Below, one piece after another: positions 1 through 14,304 of a DNA stretch of 64,000 nt. Source of the stretch: Chrysomallon squamiferum (lineage: Eukaryota > Animalia > Mollusca); contig CM022670.1 in NCBI GenBank assembly GCA_012295275.1, positions 11,036,001 through 11,100,000 on the forward strand. Direction: 5' to 3'. How positions within the stretch are numbered: position 1 is the stretch's first letter; each line of letters begins with the position of its first letter. A program made the translations under genes and the position numbers. Below the pieces are notes generated by a model. The model did no database searches. It was not told where the DNA came from and saw only the letters and a program-made list of their open reading frames with translations.

Positions 1-486
1 TGGACACGAATGGGGCATTCACATTCATCAAGTTATTCTGTTGCAAGTTTATTTATTTATAATACACCAGAAAAGAAGGTTAAAAAAAAAATTAAAAAAT
101 GACCAACTCAGAGAAACAACAATCTTCAACTTTTTTTTTTTTCTTTTTTTTCAGTTAAAGAAAGTTTCGTTAGGTTCTGTAACACATACCTTTCAGGTAC
201 ATGAGTAAGCGTGTTAGGATTAAATGTCACGTACATAATTATCAGCGGAAATTCTTTTGATTTTTCGGCTTTATCTCAGCTCCGCTGTGCTCTGATTCCC
301 ACTTTATTTCGTTTGAAAATGTTGAATGTTACAAATTAATGATCCTTCGAATATTCATATTATTTTATCTTTTTCAGTTCGAAGATGATTTTTTTTTTTT
401 TTTTGGTTTTGTTTTGGTTCATTTATTTTTATTTTTTTATATTTTTTTATTTTATTATTTTTATAATAATAATAATAATAGTAATA

Positions 487-517
<31 letters not shown>

Positions 518-1973
518 ATTATTTGTTGTTGATTTTATTTGTAGTTTTGCTGTTACTGTTACGGTTTTTTACTATTTTTGTTGTTATTATTACAGGTGTG
601 TGTGATTTATCTTTTATTTTTGTTATTATTGTTGTTAGTTTTTTTTGTAATTGTTTTTGTTGTTGTCGTTGTTATTGTTGTTGTTGTTGTTGTTGTTGTT
701 CCTAACATTAGATCAATTTGCAAAAGCCGCATCTCTATCATATTCGAATATGTTAACGATTATTTTAACATTTGTATCTGGAATATCATTCAGCCAGGAT
801 TTTAAAATGTCATTTAAACTGATAAATGAAATTTCTTCAGATCTGGTTTTCATTGCATTTTTTTTTTTTTTTTTTTTGATAATATATACAAAATTCACTC
901 GCACACAAATTAAAAACACTTTAAAAAAAAAATAAATAAAAATAAATAAATAAATAAAAATAACAAAAATAATAATAAAAAACAACAACAAAAAAAAAAA
1001 AAAAAGAGACACGGTTGTTACTGTACAAATGAAATGTTATTTATAAAGATACCTGATCTGATTCGCGGTGTATAAAAAGAACGAAATCTAGATATCAAAG
1101 AAGATGCCGTCTGCTTCTGTACTTCCTGACGTCTCTCTGAGAAACGCGTGCGAAACGCCAGCGTTGGTAAAATGATGAATTGGTCTGCTGCTCAGGCGTT
1201 GCAAACATCTATGTTTCTGCGAAACGAATCTACGTCTGGCACTAATTAACGACATGATTGTTTTTCCAGATTAATCAGAGGTAGCGTAACATATTAACAC
1301 AAAGATAATAAGAACTAGCTCCGAGCGGACCGTGTCTTTTTTTTTTTTTTTTTTTTTTTTTTTGACACAAGTGTCACATGACATCACGTCATATCCTGAT
1401 CTACTACGAACAGCACGCATGCTCTGCTTTGAGGTGAATAATTATTTTTTGAAGAAAAAAAAAAAAAAAAAAACGAAAAATAGAAAATCCCCATTATTCG
1501 ATTATTAGCATATTAATCATTATGATATTTTAATAAACAGAATGTACTATAATATATTAACATAATCCATTCAGAACTTATTTCTCAGAATAGTCGGTAT
1601 AGCTAGCACTACGTATTAAATAAAATTCGAGAAATCTGAATAGAAATTTTCCTGTAATTACACCCATACACAGCTAGCCTATGTACACTTTGTGAAATAG
1701 TGAAAAAAAAAAAAAGAACGTGCATTAATTATTATCAGTGCGCATTATTTTCATTTCTCATTATTTAAAACAGAGTTAACTGGCCTCGCATTATCATTAT
1801 ACGTAATAAATTTCACTGTTTTTTTCATAGATTTGTATAATTACTGTGCTTTAGCATTCTGTCCGCATCAGTTTCAAACGACGGTTTAAAAGTGCACCTA
1901 CTGAGGAGAATTTTTCATTTAAAAAAAAAAAACTGTTTTCGCCTGAATATCAAAATAAGGATACGAGAATTTC

Positions 1974-2014
<41 letters not shown>

Positions 2015-2765
2015 TACATGAAGAAAATAAATGTCTAGCAAACATAACATACGTCGTTATCAAAATCACACACATCCAGGCCCAGTGCAATAAACCTAAA
2101 TTCTAAAATGAAATAAGCTTGCTTTTTTACATTTTTGACACACAAAAACACACACAACACACAAACACACACACACACACACATACACACAGAGATATAA
2201 AACGTAAACACACGTGCTTAGAATATATAATGACGCACTTCTTTGGTTGTTGTTGTAACTACTTTGATATATGTTATTTTATTCAGTAAAACACGTAAGA
2301 TATATATATATAATACACTTTTCCCTCCTCAGGCTGTCTTGTTTAGTAATTGCTGGATTTTCTGTACTTAACAATGGTAAACCTTTTTATTATATATAAT
2401 TCATTCTTACCAAAGTTGCTTTGTAATTAAATCCCTAGAAACCATTGCAAAAACGTTTTTAGTTTGTATCATCATGACCTATCTTGGAAGAACTCGGTTT
2501 TTTTTCAAAGATTTTTTTCTTCTCTATCTCTCTATCTCTCTTTCTCACTATCTCTTTATCTCTATCTGTCTGTCTATCTATCTGTCTGTCTACCTATCTT
2601 TTTGTGTGTGTATCTGTGTGTGTGTGTCTGTCTGTCAAGTTTGTCTGTCTATCTATCTATATTTCTATCTATATAAGTATCTATATCTATAAATGTACGT
2701 CTAAATAATATATATTATTCTGTCGTTAAATAATATTTGTCTGAGAATGTATTTGTGTATCAACC

Positions 2766-3690
2766 TGCACTGGTTAATAATGCTTTGTCAATAAGGAATC
2801 ACGATGCCTCCAGTCCATGATCGATTAACGTCAACTGATCTTCTGTAACAACTACAGATACCACGACGTCTGATACGGCAACCGAGGGGCACAGGTTGCC
2901 TCGGAAATGGGAGCACTGATGATGATTGATCTTTCATCCTCTCGTGCCTCAAGCGAGCGTCTTGATACGCCACCACAGCCAGCTTCTTAGAGCTTTTCTG
3001 TGACGGTTTTTATAGCTTTCCACTTTAGTTCTTGGTTGATACTCGCTTTCCGAGATTTCACTACGTCGGAAAGCAAAAGTAAAACTGACAAGCAAGATAT
3101 CATACAAGATAAATCCATTTCCCGATATGTAAACATATTTTTAAAGGTGGGAAAAATGCGATTTCCAAAAAAAAAAAAAAAAAAGATATCCCTCAAAATG
3201 AAACCATTAGGTTTTTTTTTTTTTTTTTTGCAGAAGCGTGGACGAGGCCTACTAGTCATCTTTGTATATTATCAAATTACCCGCGTGCCTAGTTTTGTCT
3301 TTTTTTTTTTTTCCTTCTCTTCGAGTAATCTGCTGGCTTCGTCTTACCGGGGCTTTTCTTACGAAAGGAGAAGGAGAACACGTGTAGTAATAAGTGAATA
3401 ATTTACGACGGGCTTCACGCAAAGGCGCTGACTCGTATGTAAAGAAACGACCGCGTGTTTCGTGACAAGAAGCCGTTTTCTTAACGCCGTCGTAACACTA
3501 GACCACGCAACATCTTTCTTCTTTTTTATATATATATACATCGCCGCAGTTTTCGCACGTTGGTTATTTCATCGAACTCATTCTCCTGTCGGTTTTGCAT
3601 GCATGCACAATCTCCGCAGTCCACTGTGTATACAGTGTATCGAACTGAACTGTGCTTTAAAATGGCCAATTAGTTCTGAAGAATTTCCGT
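2766..3690. promoter_or_regulatory. CpG-rich island, possibly the promoter and first exon of a minus-strand gene lying left of the window
   Basis: High CpG density, a CACGTG E-box near 3379, and a minus-strand donor-like CAG|GTTGAT at about 2765. No recognisable protein is encoded. Confidence 0.3.
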
Positions 3691-4253
3691 AATCTAAGAC
3701 GTTTGAAACTTTCGTTTAAAATATTTAAGTGCAGTTTTACTACTTTTTTTTTTTTTTTTTTTTTTTTTGTATTTCAAATTACTGAAATTATATGGTTTCT
3801 GTGTTGTGTTACAGTCAAGGCTGGGCGAACGAATTGCGATTGATTTTATTTTGTTTATTATTTTTATTATTATTATTATAAAGGTTTTAGTTCTTGTTGA
3901 TGGGGCGGAGGGCTTTTGTTTATGATCTTTTAACATGGAAACCATTTAAGTAAAACTATTATCAAAATAGCCAGTGTTTAGTGGTATCTTCAATATGTTG
4001 ATTAACAGGAAGAAAAGAAGAAAAAAAAAAGAAAAAAAAAAAAAGAAAGCGATAATAGAACTGTATTATTTACTATCGAATTGCAGGTCACTCTGTTCAG
4101 TAAGAAAATTCGATTTTTCTCTATTACGTAATAACAGGCATAAATAAATTAAACGCAGCAGACCTTTGATAACACGAACAGTTAACTATTGACTGATAAC
4201 AAGATTTAAAGTGTTTTTAACAAATCAAGATATATAAATACATACGTATTTGC

Positions 4254-4288
<35 letters not shown>

Positions 4289-4717
4289 CGAAGATTATTA
4301 CGAAACAAAACGTTTTAAAAACGATATAAATATTTAGCAATAATTAGCAATTAAGATTTCTATGCGCGGTGTTAGATAAATAAGATACCGTTGACTAGCC
4401 ACGCTCCATCGAGCAAATGAGTTTACCAAGCCGCTGATTGGTAATCTGCCTGCCATGCATTACTCATCAAGAAGACAGAGATGGGAAAATTGAGGAAATC
4501 ACGAGATTTGCAAAGGTCAGAGAAAGACGTTCACAGGCAACGGACCAAACGCTAAATAAAATGTTACAGGAATTACTCACTTTAGAAAAGCAAAAATCTA
4601 TTGCATCGTGCAGAAGTGACTTGGAACTGTGTGTAAACATCTTAGCAATTACATTGATCAAGTAAATTAACTCTACGGAACCTGCTTTGATTTTTGAATT
4701 ATTATTATTATTATTAT

Positions 4718-4752
<35 letters not shown>

Positions 4753-5600
4753 GGTATTTTAAGTTTTGACCTATAGGCTTGACATTTCAAACACAAATTG
4801 TATATAATACAAGCAACGTCATGTACACAGTCAAAATCTGATAAATGAAAGTTGCCTTAGTGTAAGAAAATAAACACTAAGGGGAAGAACTAGATGAAGC
4901 TGCTGTATATTATAAATAATGTCATGTTCTCAATGCTTGTGATTTCGGATACTGTCGAGAAATTAACAAAATTTTAGTAAAAAAAAACCTACATCGAGAT
5001 ATGTGAATGTTCTTCTCTGTTATATACCAAATGAGCAACCATGACAATATCAGAGCAGAGCTAGATAAAATGAGAAATCAGCGTACTTAAAAGAATTAAA
5101 ATTACTAAATATACAGAAAATTACGTTACAGCAACCTTTAAGAAACGTCATCAGTCATTTGCTGCGCGTGTTATATCCTTAGGAAATACATTAACACGTA
5201 AATCGGATAAAATATTATTATTGCTATGTTACATATTTGTACAAACAGCAATATTTTTACACGCCTTGGAAGTCTTCGATAACCGGCTCCGTAATTACCA
5301 TCTTCTGATAAGCTTACATACATTACATTTGGCTTCTTTCCTAAACAAGCCAGGAAATAATTCTTCCTGGTTTATCATTTATATTTACGACTTATCTGTA
5401 GGCCATTAACGGTTTAATCTGTGATTGATGCATTACCGTTATTTCGCACATGTTCGTAATAAATAAAAATTAATATTTGCTCAAGCGAATATTATTCAGA
5501 CTACGAAGACTGATTTCCAGAAACACCTGTTTTCAATATATCGCTTGAAAATATTTGTTACGCAGCTCCGAGATAAGATTTACCTTGATGTTTTCTGTTG

Positions 5601-5640
5601 AGGGTGCTACTTCTTTTCATTAAGATTTGAACTGTTATAT

Positions 5641-5675
<35 letters not shown>

Positions 5676-5750
5676 CTTATTTATTACATTATATTAAGGG
5701 TGCTAGTTCTTTTCATTAAAATTTGAGATGTTATATTTATTTATTTATTA
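5601..5750. repeat. About 50-bp direct repeat separated by (ATTT)n
   Basis: AGGGTGCTA(C/G)TTCTTTTCATTAA(G/A)ATTTGA..TGTTATATTTATTTATTT occurs at 5601 and 5697. Confidence 0.85.
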
Positions 5751-6626
5751 CATATACTGAAACACAGTATGCACAAAAAGAAAGGTTATAAAATGCAACG
5801 TACTTTTAAACTTCGACTGCAAGCGAAGTCTGTGAGCACAAGACTGCACAAGACTGCACACAGCCTAAGGAAACGTAAGTGGGAAAATAAACCATGGAAG
5901 TAATTTTGCTAATAGATCTGACGAATCTCTTCGGATGCTCTAAAGACCACATTCCGAAATTTGGAAACACGTCTGTGTACTTTATGATAAAGAATCCGAC
6001 GAAGAAACAAAATACACAATCTTCAGCACGTACTCGAAGAAATCTGTTCACAGCGCGTGTAGACTGAAAGCAAAGTTCCATGACAACTGTAAACTGTGGT
6101 TAATTTAGTAACAATACAAATAATCAAACCGAATCATTCAGTCACCTTCTTGATGTTTCACTATCAGCAGGTAATCAGCGTGGCCCAAGATATTTCATGA
6201 CAGCAGCAGAATTTTGTTTTTATTTTATGTACTGCCTGATCGGTAAAAGGAGAAGACTGCAATTCCGTTGTTTTAACCGTGCTGGCTTGTGTCTGGGAAT
6301 ATTTCGACTTTATCAAAATAGTAATATAAAAAGTTGTTTAATTTTTTTTCTTCAGTTTTTATTGACTGGTATGTTTTAACAAATAATTGCTAAGCTACTT
6401 TTATCTTAAACTATCAGTTAATGGATAATGCATTTTTTTAAAGGTAAAGTTATGTTGTAACGTTTTTATCTTATGGAATCGTTAACAGTCTGAATTATGT
6501 TATTAAAAGAAGTGATGGTTTTCTACTGTTAATTAAAGAATTAAATTAAGCAATCAATAAATATTTATTACACATTGTTTTACTACAGACTGTTTTAATA
6601 TTATTTATGTTCTTTAATCATCATAA

Positions 6627-6691
<65 letters not shown>

Positions 6692-8484
6692 GTTATTGTT
6701 GTTGTTATAATTATTATTGGTGTTTTTGTTGTTGTTGTGTTAAATTTGTTATATTATTTGGCATGTTTTGGAAAATAAAAAACTCGAGAAATCAACATCA
6801 AGAATTTCCCAGCTAATCTTCTCACTGATATTTCTGCAAGTGCGATTTAATAACATCTGAATATTTATCACTACTGCCACTACCACAACTACTACTTCTC
6901 TACTACTACTACTACTACTACTAACACCACTAATTAAACTTTTATTATTCACAAAACGACACCAAAACGCTCCAAGCATCTTTATTCGAATCATGCAGGA
7001 TGTATAGTGATGTATACAGTGTCATCATGAATATCGTCTTAAATAACCAAATCACACAGAGGAGCAGGTTTAGTATTAATTAACCATGCATTGACTAACA
7101 GGGCAAGAGATAAGTTAAACGTAAGTTATTCAACTTATACTGAATGACAATGCAAGCGAAGGGTACAACGTAACATGATCAGAGATCACACTTCTCGTAA
7201 GACACAGGATGATTCGTCATGATGACAGTGTGGATTGTCAATCAAAGCTTTCTTCATAGCACTCACGATATCAGGAAGCTTCTTGAGTATCTAAAGTTCT
7301 GGTCGACAACGAAGATAATGTAAATAAAATAAGACAGACATAGACATTTACAAATCCAATTTTTTAGTATTTTTAATTTCTTTTTTCTTTTTTCTTGGAG
7401 ACTGTAAAAAAAATTCTGCTATGAAATTATTATCTACGTAGGATCTAATGAATTTTTCTGGTTTATACAGTTAAATGTTTTGTAGCTGTTTTTTTTTTTT
7501 TCAAAACTGTATACTGAAGCGGTTTCATATTGTATTTCCAACTATTACCATTACAAAGTCTCTCAGAAATTTACGAAGGCCGAAATGCAAATTTTGATAG
7601 CTATACAATAGTTTACAAGAAAGACCAGCTATGCTCGCTCGTGTGAATTATTTCTCAAGAAAATGTATTTTCACCACACTTGGCCTTTGACTTAACTAAT
7701 CGTAACTCTGACAGCGAACTGTCGTCTTACACGGTTATATAGCCTGTATGTCAGGGGTTTTACGATTCTATAGGTGGATTTATTATTAGATAAAGACGAC
7801 TGCTTTTTATATAGGTGAATTTACTAATAAATCGTGTTGTTCGGTTGCTCTTTTTATTGCGGTTATCAAGACTGTGTGGTGATCACTATGTAAATAATCA
7901 TATACAAAGTCATTAATGTGTTTTTTTTAAAGAATGGATACACATTTAATTTAACTTCTTGAGGTTTTTAACTTGGCGTTATTGACTTTTAAAATTAATA
8001 AATATATTTTAATACTGTAACGATAATGATTATAATGATGATGATGATGAAATAATAATAATAATGATGATGATGATGATGATGATGGTGTGGATGATAA
8101 TTACTGATAACAAAGACAAATATTGTTTTAAAAATAGCTGAGACCAGCGTTAACTTCTATTTAGAATGGCGGGCAAGGAATTTGCGGAAGAGATCATTAT
8201 CAAAAGCTGTGAAAGTCAGATTGCGCCTGAAGAATAAAATAATTACGAATGAAAGCACATTTCGATAAACCTTTGATCCACACATAACTTCCTGGGTCTC
8301 TATAAAAAGGATTAATTGCAAGGGTCGTGTTCTTTGTGTCCATCGCTGATGATATACGCTCACCCAATTTTTTCAAACACAACAGCGATTTACTGCTAAA
8401 CCATTGATAATACTGTTGGCCTGTTTCTTTACATACACTTTTATAAGAGAGAAAAAAATCACGATTTTTCTGTCTATCTCTCTA

Positions 8485-8516
<32 letters not shown>

Positions 8517-9310
8517 TCTATCTATTTTTTTTGATTTATGTTTGTTGTTTCGTTGCATTTTATTATTATTACTATTATTATTTGTATCACAAGGGTATAG
8601 ATCTAAGATATGTAGTTCGTCACAAAAAATAGAGCTTCTATAATTATTAACTTTTGAAACACTGCTAAAGATCCCCTTAATGATCATCAAAAGAGGAAAT
8701 TTAAAAAAAGGAACAAAATAAAAATGACTATCACAGAGATAAGATCCACTTAAATATTATTGTTCATAATTCTGCATAATGATGAAAAGCCCAGTTTACC
8801 GCAGACAAGTGGGACAAAATTATATCGTAGCCTGGAGGTTTCACTTCAGTTCAACGCCTTCTGAATTCACGTTTCACAAGGGAAAGTAATGTGTTGATAA
8901 CAACATTAAACAACGCCGCCAAGTCGTCATTTGACGTCCGTGGTATGGGGTGTTTCGTCCCATCTCTAAGTTCGCGCTGTTTATTTTGTGATAAAAATAG
9001 TTATACTGCTAATAGGATTACCGAATTTCGAGTTTGTAGTTTTGGAACACACTCCGTGACGTTTAAAGCAAATGAGTAGCATCCATCGACGTAAATAGAT
9101 AAGGAAGAACTTCAACTATTTTAACACCGGTTTTAACTTAGAAGACCCGTCCAAAAAGTTTCATCTCTGACGTTTTAGAAACAATTATTCTAACTGAAAT
9201 ATTACATTTTATAACTACTTAGCAACAACAGCTACTACTACAACTACTACCATGTCTGTCACAGCTATTATTTAATTGAATTTATTTTAATTATAGATTA
9301 TATATACATA

Positions 9311-10064
9311 CAGTGACTTAGGAGTTTAATTCGTTCCGTTACCGAACTCGTAAATCAAATTTCTTGTATATCAAATCAATTTTTCCAAATGAAATTAATT
9401 GAAATACCATTAATCCGTTCCAGTCCCCACAAAACCACCCCAACTTTTTGTAATGTGTTTTTAAATAGCAAAAAAGTATTTATAAATGACAAATATTGTA
9501 TAAAAATGAATTAAAGGAGAATGTAAAGAAATAAATTGATTTGGTAAAATGAACAGGATTAGGGTTTCTGCATCGTTCCACGGACAGAAGTCCGCAGTTT
9601 AGAAATTATTTTAACGCCTTTGATTGGAATTACAGCCTTTATTGACTCCTTCTGCTTCAGTATGGAACATATCGTAAAAGTACTACGCTCATGCTGCCTA
9701 GCCATGTTGTTTACACGCACATCTCGCCCATGTTTTTATATGATTTCATACTTTATTTCAATGGACATCATCGCTTCTTCTTCTCAGTACTGTCCTTTGG
9801 ACTCACATTCTTAGGATCCATGGAAATTTGGCAAAATGCTGCACAAAATGTGAGCATAACACAACAGAGATGTTACCACGGCGAGGTAACCATGTGAAGC
9901 AAACGAGTGAGACGCGGGATGCTGGGCGGATGTTGTGTTGTTCGTTGCGCCAACTAGTGGCGGCGTATCTGAAGCTCGCTCGTAACTCGGAAAAATCGAC
10001 CGCGCGGCTGCTCGTAACTCGAAAACGTCGTAAGTTGGAACACTCGTAACTCGAGGTACCACTG
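9311..10064 (-). mobile_element. Internally deleted Tigger/pogo (Tc1/mariner superfamily) DNA transposon
   Basis: TA flanks both ends. The right end reads CAGTGGTACCTCGAGTTACGAG on the minus strand, and the left end is a partly deleted copy (CAGTG-ACTTAGGAG). Subterminal CTCGTAAC repeats and a transposase remnant lie inside. Confidence 0.85.
9559..9821 (-). pseudogene. Decayed N-terminal CENP-B/psq-type HTH domain of a Tigger/pogo transposase
   Basis: The minus strand reads MDPKNVSPKDSTEKKKR-(frameshift)-MSIEIKYEII*KHGRDVRVNNMARQHERSTFTICSILKQKESIKAVIPIKGVKIISKLRTSV. This matches the TIGD1/Tigger HTH pattern, with one frameshift, one stop and no DDD catalytic domain. Confidence 0.82.
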
Positions 10065-10350
10065 TATTTATAATTGTATCCTGATTTTACGTGGGTTTTT
10101 TTCTGAATCTCAGACAGAACTTTATATTTAATATGAACAAGTTCCAGTCTATTTATTATGTTTATTTATTAAAATGCTAAAATGTGACGGAAATGATAAA
10201 CGATGACTGCAGCCATTTCACTGTAATGCGACTAAAACGTCAACACGTGAGTGTAATTATGTCGTCTGACTGAACATCTGTGGTGACAGAAACAAAACAG
10301 CAAATCTTTGATATCAAATCCTGATGACGGATATTTTTTTCGTTTGTACC

Positions 10351-10427
10351 ACTACCACCACCACCACCACCACTACCAGTACTACTACTACTGCTGCTGC
10401 TTCTGCTGGTAGTACTACTACTATTAC

Positions 10428-10519
<92 letters not shown>

Positions 10520-10520
10520 C
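10351..10520. repeat. Compound trinucleotide microsatellite (ACC/ACT/GCT/AAT/ATT)
   Basis: Read directly from the sequence. Confidence 0.95.
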
Positions 10521-10843
10521 ATTATTAGCCGATACTGTACCTTCAATATTTTCCTCTGACCTAAACATCATTATGTTGGCAACAACAACAAAAAAACCAG
10601 TCTAATCTTTCACAGTTCCCGCTGTCAGACCAGTCATTATTATCAAGCCTGCACCCAGTCCATCGACTTCCAGTGATTAATCAATGTAATATCATGCATA
10701 AAATCGGAAAAATCATTTTCTGTTTTGTTAGTGGTGTGAAGTGGCTGAATCATGAATTATTCTAGAATAAAATTACATCTCAAGTTAGCAGCTACACAAA
10801 AAATGAATAGCTTGCCAAATTTTTAGGTATGTTAATAGCGTTG

Positions 10844-10882
<39 letters not shown>

Positions 10883-11065
10883 GTTGTTGTTTTGGTTGTT
10901 GTTTTTTTTGTCCTTCTTTTAGCCAGGTATTTATGACTGAAATTCGTTATTTAGATAAATATTTATAATTATTAGGTAAATTTATATTTTATTATTATTT
11001 TGTTTTTATTTAATTAGTTTCATGTATATATATATTCAGACTACACACACATACACACACACACG

Positions 11066-11104
<39 letters not shown>

Positions 11105-11543
11105 ACTGTGGGAAAGGGTCATTTGAAGTAAAATAAAATATTACAGATAAAAATTGTTTTCAATTGTTCTCGAGAGTTAGCATAAAATTGATATGCAACA
11201 GTTTTTTTCAAGTTAAGACCTTGATTCTAACGAATAGGGAAAACCTGTTGTTTCAGTCTTTTCACGTGTTCTTCGTTTCACTGATTTGTAGCATGTTTAT
11301 TATCATTATGTTTTGTAGAGTTGTAAATATGACGTTCTACATCCGAATCATTTAGTTAAAAAATATCAGTGGCATCTTTAGAATACGATTTCCATTAAGA
11401 TTATTAATGATATCCGGATCGAAAAAAAAAAAAAAAAAAGCTTCTTTTGTATCTACGGTCCCTAGATATCATGTTAGTTTTATAATGATATATATATTAT
11501 ATAAAACAAAATTCCCGTTACTTTTTTTGGCCTTTGAGGTTTG

Positions 11544-11617
11544 GGTGCCCCTTCAGGATTCGAACTTCAGAGACTACGTGTCATGTCTCACATCGTAGGC
11601 AACAAAGCCATATCTCG
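11544..11617 (-). mobile_element. tRNA-derived SINE head or tRNA pseudogene fragment
   Basis: The minus strand has a perfect Pol III B box GTTCGAATCC (11556-11565). A degenerate A box TGGCTTTGTTG (11600-11610) sits at tRNA-like spacing. I could not fold a cloverleaf. Confidence 0.4.
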
Positions 11618-13336
11618 ATGACAATGACATTTTTTTTTTTTTTTTTAATGACAAGAATTCTGAGTTAAATTACTCCATTAAAGTTTCGAGTACAGGGTCT
11701 TTCAAGACTGCTGTTAAATACAAACACTCTCGATTTGTTTTCGCCATTAGTTGATGACTTGTCTTGCGGTTTACAAAGTGTTTAAGCTAATGTTGGAAAC
11801 CTTTTAATTAATTGACAGTGAACGGAACCCGAATGTTTTCTTAGTACAGCGTGTGATATTGGTTTATAGAGGATGAGTGAAGTTGAGACAAGACAAGACT
11901 GCCTCTGTTTAAAGAGAATTTGATTTGTGAAAGTTTTCACGTCAGTTCAGTGACTTGTTGTCACGAAGTATGAATTAATAACATTCCTCTGAAATGTCAG
12001 GCTGTTCTCACAACAGGAAAAACAAAGTAAGGTAATTTAAATTTTATAGGTGCCTTCTACAAATCATTCTAATTAATTAAAATAAAATTTTGCATGCAAC
12101 AGTTTATATATAAACGTTTTTAAAAATAGCTTACATTAAAATAGAATAAACGTTTTTTAAAAAAAGTGGCTTAAGATGTATAAGGGGAAATAATTAAAAC
12201 TAACTAGAAGGATAATTTATACACCTTAACAGTAATTAGCAGCGGGTAAAATTCTGTGGGCCACAGAAGATAACACTCTTACTTTAAGTTTGAAAAATCT
12301 ACTTTTTAAAACTGTTTTCCTCATTTTTAAAAGAAAATATTGATTAGATTTTTATTATACATTTTTTTTTCAGAATTAATAAAAACATTAATAACAGAGG
12401 AAAGTATTTAAAAGTGTTTTTTTTCATATTAAATTACCTTGATGTTACTTATCTTTTAACAAATTTCTTTAGCGAAAATTAATGTAAAACAAATATTAAT
12501 CTATAAATTCAGACTATGTAATTATAATATCATTTTAAAACATTTTCTTCTTTTTTGCGTTTTTCTCTCACATTTTTCGTCATCTTATAATTTAAAAAAA
12601 AAAAAAAAAAAAAGAGTGAAAGTTTTACGGCTGAAAATATTGAACTAAATGTATTAACCAGACTATTTTAAACTTAGAAAAAAACGAAACTTCTTTATTT
12701 ATTTTTAATGTCGCTTTTTATGAACGTCAATTACCAAACACTGATTTCACTTAACGATTACTTGTTTTTCCATTACATCGAGAACACAGATTATCTGGAA
12801 CAAATATCTTGCGAGTGCCAATCAATCGTCACTCTACAACTATCGACCGAAGACCAAGGATCTCCCAGCTAACACAAGGTCGATACAGTAATCAATTATT
12901 TTGTGCTGCTCTAAAGTGCTTTCAGGGGTTTTTTTCTACACTGAACTGAATTCTTCAGATGTAAAGTTTAAACTTTAACTCATTTTTTTTTTTTTTTTTT
13001 TTTTTCTGTTCTAATGGCTATACAGCTGCGAAGTAGAGATTAAATGTGCCATTGAATATCTTCTCAAGTAAAATAGATTCAGCTTTTTTTTTTCATTCTT
13101 TTTTTGTTTTTTTTTTTTGAAAATCGACCACCGTGACTGAGGATTGAAATAAATTTAAAATTGAATTCAATTCCGTAATCATTAAGGTTTGGATATTTTG
13201 TTTCTGCAGACGTATTTATTTTGTTAAAGTAAAATACGAGTTTCTGATTTCTTGCCAATATTTGCTTTACTAAAATATAAGAAGTTATTTTATTTATGTG
13301 TATGTGTGTGTGTGTGTATATATGTGTGTGTGTATG

Positions 13337-13371
<35 letters not shown>

Positions 13372-13684
13372 AGATATATATAAGTATGTAAGTATGTGTA
13401 TGTGTGTGTATATATATATTGCTGTTGCCTGAAAAGCCTGATCTTTTATTGCTAGTTAAATTATAATAAATTTATTTACATGACAAAACACAAATAATAA
13501 TTTTACCAAGCTAGAACATGAAGGTCACTGAAAGTAATTAGTATTTTTCGATTACGTTAACCATAATTCATTGTGAAATTGTATAGTTATTATACCACTG
13601 TCAGGGAAATGCGTTTTTAGTAAGAGATTTTTCAATACACTCTCACACTCATAGACATACACCAGATGTACATATATATATATA

Positions 13685-13728
<44 letters not shown>

Positions 13729-14304
13729 CACACACACTATCACTTTGTCAACATCTCTTACTGCTGAATTTCTTAGTGACGATGAAGCATTCTTCCTTGT
13801 TTTTCTTTTTTTTATTGCACTTCGTTTTTGTTTGTTATTTTTACCTGCCCTTTTTTATTTTATTATAACAGCTTCCTTGCCACTTTCATTTTTTTCAAAA
13901 CTTTGTTTACAAAACCTACGTATCAACATTTATATATTGGATGTATTCACATGAAAAATTTGGAAACTTTTCAGTTTGTAAATTATTATGCTTATTTTTT
14001 TATGATTATTATTTTTTTTTTTTTTTCGTCCGTGATAAAACATTCAGAGAATGAAATAGAAAAATGAATAATCCAATCATTACAGAATAACTACCACCAA
14101 AAAACGAAGACTGCTGAGAAAATTTAAAAAAAAAAAAAAAAAAAAAAAGAATCCCCACAATTATTGAACGGTGTATTGTGTGATAAACTATGAATACGCG
14201 ATACAGTATGTGCAAAGTTTGTAGAATGAAAGCGGGTTTCAGATTTCCTAATTGCCGAATGTAAACCAAGCATAACACCGTCTTGTCGGTTAAGTATTGA
14301 AGCA

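Noticed and set aside
385-1012. Several 75-106 aa ORFs
   Set aside because: They are translations of (TTA)n, (TTG)n and poly-T/A tracts, with no coherent splice sites or domain.
1101-1120. ATGCCGTCTGCTTCTG, resembling an Illumina adapter
   Set aside because: Only a short partial match to ATCTCGTATGCCGTCTTCTGCTTG, consistent with chance.
4438-4665. 75-aa ORF with a coiled-coil-like look
   Set aside because: It has a non-ATG start, no recognisable motif and no convincing flanking splice sites.
11544-11617. Functional tRNA gene
   Set aside because: A B box is present, but the acceptor, D and anticodon stems do not pair convincingly.
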